The position numbers and the translations under genes were made by a program. Below are positions 52,292-64,000 of a stretch of 64,000 bases of DNA, piece by piece (the stretch's first letter is position 1; each line of letters begins with the position of its first letter). The DNA lies in NCBI RefSeq assembly GCF_009914755.1, contig NC_060944.1; one strand, given 5' to 3'. Below the pieces are notes generated by a model. It was not told the origin of the DNA. It ran no database searches and saw only the letters and a list, made by a program, of their open reading frames with translations. This stretch comes from the human T2T-CHM13v2.0 reference genome, Homo sapiens.

Positions 52292-54253
52292 GTAAGGAAG
52301 TCTTCCTGTTAGCACCAAGCATCGTCTATGTGCCTGTGACCCTGGAGATATCCTAAATGTCCCAAACGGGGTCTTCTTGGATTGACCAAACACCCCTGGT
52401 GAGCCCCTGCTTTCCCTAAGGAGACTGCCTTTCTCCTGGCCACGTGTCCAGCTATCTTGGCCCCATCTCTATCTGTTCTCACCTCTGTCCTGGCCCCATC
52501 ATGTGGCGCACCAGCATCATGGCAAGGACACGGATGTGCCCACACCTGGTCACCACGAGGACCTGGACTGTCACTGCGGTCCCCCAAACCGAAAACAAGC
52601 CGCTCTCTTACCGGACCCTCACAAGTGCTTCTGTGTCAGATGGTTGGAGGCCCAGTTCGGGGATGAGATGAGAGAAGGGGTCTTCTACATCCTGAGTCTT
52701 CCATTGGCTCGGGATGCAAACAGCAGTTCTGTGTGCTGATGACCCGGCTGGCTGAGCTCTGTGACCGTTTCCTTCCTGCTTCTCAGGGATACAGATTCTC
52801 AGGGCAGGGACCATCTTACTGTTCAGCATACAATTGAAGAGTGGATGGCTTCTGCCAATCAGGAAAATGAGAGGACTGCAAAGTTCACTTTGTAAACCTT
52901 TTGCAGAGGTGGGACAGGAAGACAGTGTCCCTCTGACACTTGAGGCCCCGTAACTTGGAGATGAAGGGGGAGGACTACGGGAGGGAGTTGGGGTGCTGCA
53001 AGCCCCAGGCTCTGCGTCAGTCACACATCACAGTCTTGATCTCTGGGAAGGTCATGGAAGCACTGCCTGGTGATGTTATTATCCTGTTTGTGAAGTGGGG
53101 AAACGGACTCAGGGGTTAACCTTCATCTAACCAGAAGAGCTGAATCGCATGTGCTACTTGCTGGAAGCCCCACCCTGGGTAACAGGTGGGAGGGGTGGGG
53201 TGGAAGCTCAGCCAAACAGGTCGTGTGCCAGCACTTCCGGTCTGGGGTCCTCAGCATCACACCGGGTGCTCCCCAGAACACAGTCCCCGGAAGCACAGGG
53301 GTCGGCTCCCTGGAAGGGAGACATTGCCTGCTTGGCCAGCCTGCTGAAGAAGCGGTGATTGCGACGGCGAGAGATGCTCAGAAGGACCCCGAGTAAAGGG
53401 AAGAGGAGGTGCCACGTGGAGTCGCCCAGGGACACGGTGGAGACAAAGACGGAGGAGAATCCCAGGCGAGGGTGCAGTGAGTGAGGCACAGGAGTTGAGG
53501 AAACTCCAGGCTTTTTTGGTAACAGATGGAGTGTGGAGGAAGTCGAAAAGGCAAATACAAATGGCAGGGTGCTCTCTTGTAGCTTTGAAACAGCAGAAGG
53601 AAAAGTGACTCTCAAATAGATTTGTTCGTTTTTAAACATTCTGAGAGGACCTGTCCAGTCTAAGTGAGGGGTTCTGTGAGCATTTGGATTTTGACGCCCT
53701 CATCATGAGCCTTGTGGTCTCAACTGACATATTTGGTAATAGTGAGACCCTTAAACTTTTTAATGGAGAAACTAGGGGAAATGTGTTGACATCTAGTGTT
53801 CCAACAATAATTTCTTCAGCAATTCTTCATTGCTAACATGCAATGTGATGCTTAGAGTAAAATAGGACAAAGATTATGTTCCAAGGAATCAAATACATTC
53901 TGCACGGAAGGTACCATTCATTCCTGTATTCTCAAACATCTGTTGGCCACACGCTTCACGTGGGCATGCCTGTGGCTCGTGCTGGCTGACTGCGTGCCCC
54001 AGCCATCGTGGGAGCATTTACACCACAGAAATGGACTGATGATGTTCCCCCTCCCAGAGACCTGTTTACCAGCACACGCTGGGCTCTGACCGGACAAGCA
54101 GACGAGACCTCTGTCCTGGTGGGGGCCACACCGTGGGTACCAGAACAGGAAGCATGACCCACGCAGAAAACGCACCGTTGTGGTCTGTGAGAGGAGCATC
54201 GCGTCCTGTGTGCAGACCATGGCACTGGATGAGCTCACAGACACAGAGTCACC

Positions 54254-54460
54254 TGTCGGGAACCCCCGTGTGTCGGGAACCCCCGCGTGTCGGGAACCCC
54301 CGCGTGTCGGGAACCTCTGCGTGTCGGGAACCCCCGTGTGTCGGGAACCCCCGCGTGTCGGGAACCCCCGCGTGTCGGGAACCCCCGCGTGTCGGGAACC
54401 CCTCGCGTGTCGGGAACCCCCGCGTGTCGGGAACCTCTGCGTGTCGGGAACCCCTGTGTG
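54254..54460. repeat. 17-bp CpG-dense minisatellite, ~12 copies (TGTCGGGAACCCCCGCG)
   Basis: TCGGG at 54256, 54273, 54290 and onward. Confidence 0.96.
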
Positions 54461-57391
54461 CAGGACTTTCTCTGTGGATGACTTAACACTGCATTGGCTC
54501 AGAACTTCACAGCCTGCAGTGCCCCTAACCCCAGCTCGCCTCCCCACCAGCTCAGGCAGAGCTCCCAGGAAGACAGTCCATTGGTTGTTTACCAGGTGAG
54601 CTGAGGAGAGGTTGGACTTGGATCGAGCAGGACCCTGAGCTGCTATTTCCGACCTCGGAGCCCACTGGGAGTGCCTGAGCGAAGAAGCAGTTTGATGGTT
54701 TTTCCTTTCACCCCATCGGGAGAACTGATGACGTTTCAGCTTGTATTTTTGCCTGGGTCCATCTGTTGTCACATGGCCTCAGACTGGCTCTGCCAGAGGC
54801 GAAGACTAGGGAAGGTTAGGGTTGGGGTTAGCATCTTTGAGACAGCGAGGCGCTGACAACACCGAGTTCAGGACCATCTCCAAGTTCAGAGAGAGAACAC
54901 GTCTGTAGCTCACCCTTCTTCTTCTGGCGCCTTCCTCCTTGAGCCACTGGCCAACTCCCACCCAGATGACTGCCCCAGGAGAGGGAGGGAAGGCAGGGAA
55001 GGCAGTGTCTTCAAAGGCTAGTAGCTGAAGCATGGGGCTCCAGGCTGGGATTCAGTTCCTCTCCTGACTTGTCTCCTTTGACGCCTACTTTTCAAGTTTG
55101 GGTCCCTCAGAGCTGTCATGCAGGATGCCAGCTGAGGGGTGACTGTGGGCCACACCCTCTTCCCAGCCTCACGTGCATCCTTTCCTCACATCTCTGACAC
55201 CAGCCCTAGTCAGAGCTGGGGAGTCAAGGCTGGGGAATTCCCTCCTCCCGGAGAAAAGAGGCTCGGGAGTCCTGGAGCCCTGGCCGTCTTCCTCTCCCTA
55301 CAACTCTGGCCCTGAGCACCCAGAGGACATCAGGAAATAAGAGCTGAGTGTGCTTGCAGGTGAACTGCAGGGCTGGCATCTGCTGGCACGACACCCTTGG
55401 AGGCCCTGGCTGGGTCTCTTGTCCACTCGGCTGTGGGGTGGGGAGCAGGCATCTAAGGGGTTTCCAGCTTCCTGTCCCCGAGCGGCCTTGTCCGCTCCAC
55501 GCACTTGGGCTCACAGCCGTGTCTCACACCCTCTGAGGCTGGGGCCGGAAGGTGCAGGCCCACCTTCCTGGGGACCAGGACTCTTCTGAGCTGAGGGTGA
55601 CGTGTTCAGGGCAGTCCGGTCCCCACAGGCCTCCACAGCAGCTGTCACCTAATTGCCTGATTCACTCAGTGATGTCATCGGCTAATTGGGACCTTAGCTT
55701 CAAATCCCCATTAACAAGGAGCTTTTTTGTGAAAAGTCCCAAAGCTAGTTCTCCAAAGAGTGAAAGCAAGTGTGGGCCTGGATTTTAGAAGAGACTAGAG
55801 GCAGGGAGAGGTGGGTGGCAGCGGCGGCAACTCCCTCAGTTTGGAAAGGGAGCCCCCAGTCGAGTGTGGTGTGCCCTCCCTCTCTCGCTCTCTCCCTCTT
55901 CCTCCCTCTTCCCCTCCCTTCCCGTCTGGGTTCCCTCTTCCCTCCTCCCTCCCTCCTTCCCTCCCTCTCTGTCTTCTTGTTAACACACTGAAAACCCCAC
56001 CCTGGAAGGCTGCAGAGAACATCCCCCTCCCCCACCCCATGGCTGCTGTTGAGCCAGGGGATAGGGTAAGGCCTGGATTCTGCTGACGGTTCTCCCAGAG
56101 GTAGTCGGGGAGGGTGGCCTGCAAGCCCACTGGGCCCCACAGTTGTCTGCAGTCAGGCCTGTGATCAGTCGAATTAGAAACGATCAGAGGTGTCTGGATA
56201 GAGACTGGGGATGGCGTTCTTTTCCCCGGGTCCCAGGTATGGGGGCACCAGCCCTTACCTTCCTCCCTTCACAGGCTCCGGAAGATGTGCTTGGGTTTTG
56301 GAAAGAGCTCAGACTCACAATGCCAGTCCTGTTAAAAGCAAGGTCTTCCCATCTTGGCCAGGAAAGCCTCTCTCTTCCCACAAGGAGCGCAGGCCTGCCC
56401 CTCCCACCTGCCTTAGGTGACCTGGCACAGGCGTCTGGGTCTTACAATGGCAGCTCCTTGTAGTCCTTGAGCCGTGGATGCATCCGACAGCCCACAGGAG
56501 CCTGATACATGGTGAACTCTGGCCTTACACTCCACACTGGCCCCTTTGTGCCTGAGGCTGCTGTGGGAGCTGTGGTCCTGCCGCCACGTTGGTTGGCATA
56601 GTCAGTACTCATGCTCAGAAGTTTCCAGAGCTTCCTGCTGGTTTGGTTATATAGGGAGACAGATGATGGTTAAGGAAGAGGAACTCCTGGGTGTCCTGCC
56701 TTGTGCTTCTAGGGTGAGAGATGCAGGAGGGTCAGTGTCACCCCCTCCCCAAACTGCCCTTCTTAGCACAGCCCAAAAGTCTTCCACGAGGCAGATGCTG
56801 TTGGTTCCTGGTTCACGGGCCCTCCCGGCTTCTTTTCCCTGCGTGGAAGCTGGGACCCACACCAGCTACAGGCACTGGTGGGATCTTCACCACTGTCTGT
56901 GGCTTGGGCCACAGATTCCTTTCTGCCTGTCAGTCCTGGCTCCGTTTGCTGGGGCACGAAGGTCACAGCTGGCAGGGAATGCAGAGACTGTTACCCTCGA
57001 GGGCCATAGGCCTTATGGCATTAGTGATGGCCACAGAGAATGCCAACTTCTGTGCTTTGGACTTGGGACCTCTTTAGAGAGGGGTGCCGTGTTCAGGGCA
57101 CCTCAGAGCGTCTCGTGTCCAAGCTCCTGGAAACCTGGTGGCAGCTAGTGGAATGCCTGCCGTGGGGAGCGGTCTGGGAGACTCTGGCGCTAGAAGTCTT
57201 GCTCTTATGTATACACAGTCTTTAATTGAACACTCGTAAAACTGTAATGAGCCATTTATTTATTTGAATGGGGCGAGTTATTAATTTTCAGCAAACTGCA
57301 GGCAGCCATTCTGAGGTGAATCGTCTGGAGACATTCTGCTCCCCAGGGTGAAGGTCTGCGACAGGCTCTGAGATCTGAGCCCATCGCCTGA

Positions 57392-57484
<93 letters not shown>

Positions 57485-57607
57485 TAAGAGGACCCTTGGA
57501 TCTCACGGAGATTCCTGGGCGGTAGATTTGGAGCCCCTGCCCACTCTGCAGATGGAGAACTTTCCATCTTTTTCCATGGCTCCCAAGGCCAGGCTGCTGA
57601 CCCTTCT

Positions 57608-57778
57608 GCGAGGCAGCGACCTCCCACTCTAGCGTGGAGATCTGTGTGGCCATGGGCGTGCCATGTGGGGGAAGACAGACCATCTGACCTCCCGCGAGGC
57701 AGCGACTTCCCACTCTAGCATGGAGGTCCGTGTGGCCATGGGCGTGCCATGTGGGCGAAGACAGACCATCTGACCCCC
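57608..57778. repeat. 86-bp tandem duplication (2 copies) in the intron that splits zinc finger 1
   Basis: GCGAGGCAGCGAC..CCCACTCTAGC..GGCCATGGGCGTGCCATGTGGG..GAAGACAGACCATCTGACC starts at 57608 and 57694. Confidence 0.9.
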
Positions 57779-57903
57779 TAGTGCTGCACTTTGCTTTTTT
57801 TGTCCGGGTTCCCTGCAAGGACTGGATGAGTCTGTGGGGAAGGGAGGGAGGGAGGACCCTCGGGAGGGGCTCATGGGGTGTCTGAGGCCTCTCGTGGCCC
57901 TAG

Positions 57904-58224
<321 letters not shown>

Positions 58225-59292
58225 TAGTGTGGCCCTGGAGAATTGCAGCCTGTGAGCGGGGAGGGGCTCACTCCGGGCAAGAGAAAGCCCTTCCTGAGAA
58301 CAAGGCATGTCTTGTCCCAACATGTGCTGGGCTTCCTGGGAGAGAGGTCTGCCCATGGTGTTTATGGGGCCTGTGGTGTGTTTGTGTGTGAACACTGTGT
58401 GCGTAGGAGAGAGGCAGGACAGACAGAGACACGGGGCTGGTGTGTGTGTGTGCAGTTGTAGTGTGTTTTGGCAGGTGTGTCTGCATGTATATGAGAGAGA
58501 CAGACAAGGCTGTGTCTCTGTGTGTCTGTAAGTGGGGAAGGGAGGATCTTAGACTGGCCCTCTGTTCTGCCTGGCCCTCTGGGAGACCTGCCTGGGGGCA
58601 TGGGTGAGAGGTCTGCGTTCCCCTGAGGTACTCACAGGCAGATGCTGAGGAAACACCTCAGGTTGAGCTTCAGGTGATTGAGGACCAGATGGAGCCTCTG
58701 AAGACGGGGTGCCCGGGGAGGCCAAGAGGGGAAGGAGGAAAGCAGACGAGTCCCCCACTTCCTTGTGGGGTCTACCAGGACTGCCATGTTGGAGCTCCTA
58801 GCCCTTGGCAAAAGTGCATGAAGCAGGTGCTTTGGCCCCTGGGTCCCGGAGGGAGGGGTCTGTGCCCCTGAGAGCCCTGGCAGATCTGTAGAGACCTGGG
58901 GTCAGATGAGGCCCAAGGTCCACTCCCCCCACCATCCCCACCACTCACCCAGCACTCCCCAAGCTTCTGCAGTGGGGAAGGGTCTGAGATGGATTTCAGA
59001 AGCAAAGCCAGAGAGGGTCCTCAACCCCAGCTCCCTTGGGGGGCTCTGGAGTGAGTGCGCTGTCCCGTGGAATCAACATAGTCCTAGATCCCAGGTAGAA
59101 AAGACACACATTTTCCTGCTTTCTTATCAAGAAGGGCGTCTGGGGTTCAGCTGTCAACCTGGGCTTGGACTTTCCCCTCCGAAGTAGGTGGATGGCAGGG
59201 CCCATTCCTACCACTGTGGGACGTGCTGGCCCAGGTGTCCTTGCTGACAACCCTACGGGGCCTGCATGTGGTGAGCACCTACCATATCTTAG

Positions 59293-59565
59293 TTTCGTTT
59301 TGTTTTTGTTTTGAGAGAGTCTCACTCTGTTGCCCAGGCTGGAGTGCAGGGGCACGATCTTGATTTACTGCAATCTCCTCCTCCTTGGTTCAAGGAATAG
59401 CTGGGACTACAGGTGTGCACCACCACGCCCAGCTCATTTTTGTATTTTTAGTAGAGACAGGGTTTCGCCATGTTGACCAGGCTGGTCTTGAACTCGTGAC
59501 CTCAGGTGATCCGCCCGCCTCGGCCTCCCAAAGTCCTGGGATTACAGGCATGAGCCACCGAGCCC
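59293..59565 (-). mobile_element. Alu (AluS-type), antisense, small internal deletion
   Basis: (TTTTG)n tail followed by GAGTCTCACTCTGTTGCCCAGGCTGG...GAGCCACCGAGCCC. Confidence 0.93.
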
Positions 59566-59969
59566 ATTCTTATTTACTGATTTTCAATTATGAAACAATT
59601 ATTATTATTTTTTTAAAATCTGACTTGCTGCTTAAGCTCCATTGTATACAATGCAGGTTTATCTGATTTGGGAAAGTAAACGTGATGGGAGAGGAACATT
59701 AAGAAAAAGTATCAAAGTAATTCTTAGTTTAAAAAATACATCAGTGGCCCATGACCTGCCTCCTAAAATATATTCACCGTGATTTCTGGATTCAGGCAGA
59801 AGGGTTGACAGAAAGGTCCATACCAAATCCCCACTTCTGGAGTTTCATGTTTCCCCTTGGCTCCCGTATAAAGAGTGAGTGGTAGGTCAGGTGGAGGGGT
59901 GGTGGGTGTGTTGGGGACTGGAGACCTGGAGTCTTCCCACGTGCTCTCTGGCCCCCACGTTGATTTTGA

Positions 59970-60944
<975 letters not shown>

Positions 60945-63572
60945 TGAGAGCCCTTCTAGGACAGGGGGCTGGGGGATGGCAGAAAAGCAGACAAAAGGAC
61001 AAATACATGACACAGACTGTGGTCAGATACTGAGCAAATGGGTTCCCACACTGCTTTACATAGAGCGATCTGGAGCGAGACACAGCGGAGACGTGTGAGA
61101 AAGAACCAGGTGGGAGAGAGGAGGTGGGAGGGACAGTGACCCACCCACAGTGACTGGTCACAGCAGCATCTGGGGTCTGGAGAGGGTGGGGACCGTCCTG
61201 TCCCTTCCACCCCAACTCACACTCGTGGCAGGGATTGTGCTATGACAGAACCCGCTGTTTCCTACAGCCATGCTGGGTCATCCTGATCCTCTCGTGGGGT
61301 GGAGACCAGCAGGCAGATGTGAGGGGTGCCCTTGCTCCTCAGAGGGAGCAGCCTGCCGCTGGCTCTGCATCTGTCTCTGGATTTGGCTCTAAAGTGTGCA
61401 GGGTACAGGGGAGCCATCCCCTGATCGCACGGAGTGGCTGATGTTGAGGTGAGGATAGACAAGGAGGGCTGCTTGGAGGGGCCTGGGGCTGGGCTGACGT
61501 GGTTGGGGAGCAGCTGGGAAGCAGCTGATGTGGTTGGGGAGCAGCTGGGAGCCTGGAGTGCTGAGGTCTGAGGACGAATCCTGAGTAAACGGTTACGGCC
61601 TTCATTGTTACTGGGGTGTCAGGGTCTGGACAACAGGCTGGCTCTGCTCTGCTGACTGCCCATCTCAGATTCCTCCTGGGACAGGGGTCTGGGGAGCAGG
61701 GCTGGCCAGGGGCTGCTCCCTCAGTGAGCCATGCCAGGGAGGCCAGGCCTTGGACAGGTCAGCTTTGACCCAGCCGGCCTGGTGCGGAGGGCCTCCTGCA
61801 CCTGGGCACTTGGCCTCTATTCTCCTAAGACTAGGGACCTGCCCTGATCTCGGCCTCTTTTTTCCCCATGTCTAGTCCTGCATCTCTTCTCCAGGTGGAC
61901 GGGGGCAGTGGGAGTTCTTGGTGCTCTTCCAATGAGTGCCCCCAGGAAGAGTTAGCTGAGACCAGGGAGGGAGCAGATAAGGAGAGAGAACTGGGATGGG
62001 AGATGACTCAGGTGCTGGAGCCACGAACCAAAAATGCAGGAGACACGGAATTGCCAACCCTGGGAAGATGCACTTGGGTCATGGGAGAGACAGACCTGAG
62101 TGAGACATAATTCAAGGGGCATGATAGGCAGGTCAGTGGAGACACGAGGGACATGTTTTCCGGGAACACCAGGCATATGAGACAAGCTCAGGGGAAAGAT
62201 GCTAAGGGGACACAGGTGGGGACATGGTTTCAGGGTGAGATGGACCCAAAGAATGGCTTTGCGGGGACACCCTTTAGGGCAACCCAGATGGCGGGACAGC
62301 TCTTTGGGGACCCAGATTTAGGTCGGCAGTGTCATGCTCCGGCCTTGTGGGGCCATGGGCACAAAGAGACACAGGCTGAAGGTGAGACTTAGGGACAGGT
62401 GTCAAGGGCCCGGGGTGGTTACTAGCCTGGCTGTGGTGTGCTTGGGCCGCACAGATCAGCGCAGAATTTGGTGGGACACATATGAGGAACACAGACACCA
62501 AGTGACAGCCCTAGGCCCAGGTTTTTGAGGGTCTCAGACCTGTGGGACAGACATAGGAGGACCCAGATGCAAGGCATCCTGCCTTCAGGGATAGATTTTC
62601 AGTGCATGGACCCAAAGGGACACGGCCCCGGGTGACACAGGTGGCCAAGCTGAGAACACCAGGCAGTGCCCAGCTGGGCTGTGAGTGTCTGTGCAACGTG
62701 AACGTGCGGTTCTGGTTCTGAGGGACTGATGTTGGGGCACAGATGCTGCGAGAATTCTGGACAGAGGCCGTGGGACAGGGGTGGCAAGCCCAGGAGGCCG
62801 GTGTTGGGCACGGGTTTGGAAGCCCCTCAGGACACCCCTGCCTGTCCACATGGGTGGAAGTCTGACTCCTTTGAACTTGGGGCAGCAGAGCAAGAGCTCC
62901 TTCCCTTTGGAGCCCCCTCCTGGGACCCTCCTGCTCTGAGGTGGGAGTTCTGAGTTTGGCTCTGTGACCTCTGCACCCTCCCAAAGGGGACAGCTCTCGT
63001 CCAAAGGTGTTTCACTGAGATGTCAGCTCTGCTCTGAGGGTCCTCCGTGTTCCTGCTGGTCCCTATACTCTATAGTGACCGGCCTGGACCTGCAGAGGCT
63101 AGAAGAGGTCGATAACTGAGATTTGGGTTTACATTTCTGCCCAGGCATAGATTAGTCATGCAGCCTTGGATAAGTTACTCAACTCCTTTGTCTTCCTCGT
63201 TTTGTCAAATCCCAAGGATATCTCCTGGCAGGAATATTGCCAAACGCCTTGACCTCTCTAGGCAGAAGGCTGACCCATGAGGCCTCCACACTGTCAGAGG
63301 AGAGAGGAAAGAGGACTCCAGCGGCCGTCTGGGTTGTTCTCCTTAAAACGCTGCACAAACTGCTATTTGGGATTGTCAGGGCAGCCTCAGGGCTTCCGCA
63401 CAGGCAGCCAGTGTGGGCTGGTTTCTTCAGGGTCTCCTGACTGTCCAGCCCCAGTCCCTGTTCAAGCTCATGGGCAGTCTCGCCTCCCTTCTCTCTGGAC
63501 AGCCAGAGAGAGGGTTCCTGAGCTACCCCTGCCCCCTCTCTGCTCACCACCCAGCTTCCTGGCTCTAACTGA

Positions 63573-63731
<159 letters not shown>

Positions 63732-64000
63732 TAGCTCTGTGCAGCGTTAGCCCTAACTGTGAAGCTCACGCTGCCTCTGTGGTGTTTGGGTGGTGTCTAT
63801 GGGGAGGCGTGGCCTGCCCAGGGCCATAACCTTCCCCTTTGGTTTGTCCAGATGCTCATCCTTACATCTCCCCGCTTTCCCCCACAAACTCCCTCAGCCC
63901 AAACTTGAGCCCTTTGAGGCTGGGGCCCTGCAACCAGCCCATTTGTCTACCTAGAGACGCCAGTCCGGGTCAGAGCCCACAGTAACAGATCGATGGGAGG

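Overview
This is human (great-ape-type) genomic DNA containing the 5' half of MYT1 (myelin transcription factor 1, a C2HC/CCHHC zinc-finger neural and endocrine transcription factor) on the + strand. From established knowledge, the locus lies in the distal, subtelomeric part of 20q13.33. Six coding exons splice with GT-AG junctions into one continuous frame: 51231-51285, 52261-52291, 57421-57483, 57939-58186, 59980-60873 and 63592-63726. Together they give 1426 nt, or 475 full codons: [55 protein letters not shown]...E49-acidic tract...[35 protein letters not shown]. The gene continues past the window end. Two 5'UTR exons are supported (~15955-16242 and 42429-42526), plus a candidate upstream alternative first exon (~3290-3414). 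The rest is flank and intron, rich in minisatellites and containing Alu, L1M, L2, MIR and MER4 remnants. The minisatellites include a 3.7-kb 50-mer array, 41-, 45-, 33-, 30- and 17-mer arrays, and a 38/40-mer carrying telomere hexamers. Almost all long ORFs in the supplied track are repeat artefacts. I see no evidence for a new gene or a prokaryotic-style system. The most interesting signals are a 5'UTR with seven uORFs, a canonical and a split REST/RE1 site, an Alu doublet inside one target-site duplication that implies a templated insertion, a very young AluY, higher-order structure in the large VNTR, and recurrent bHLH motifs carried by several VNTRs.
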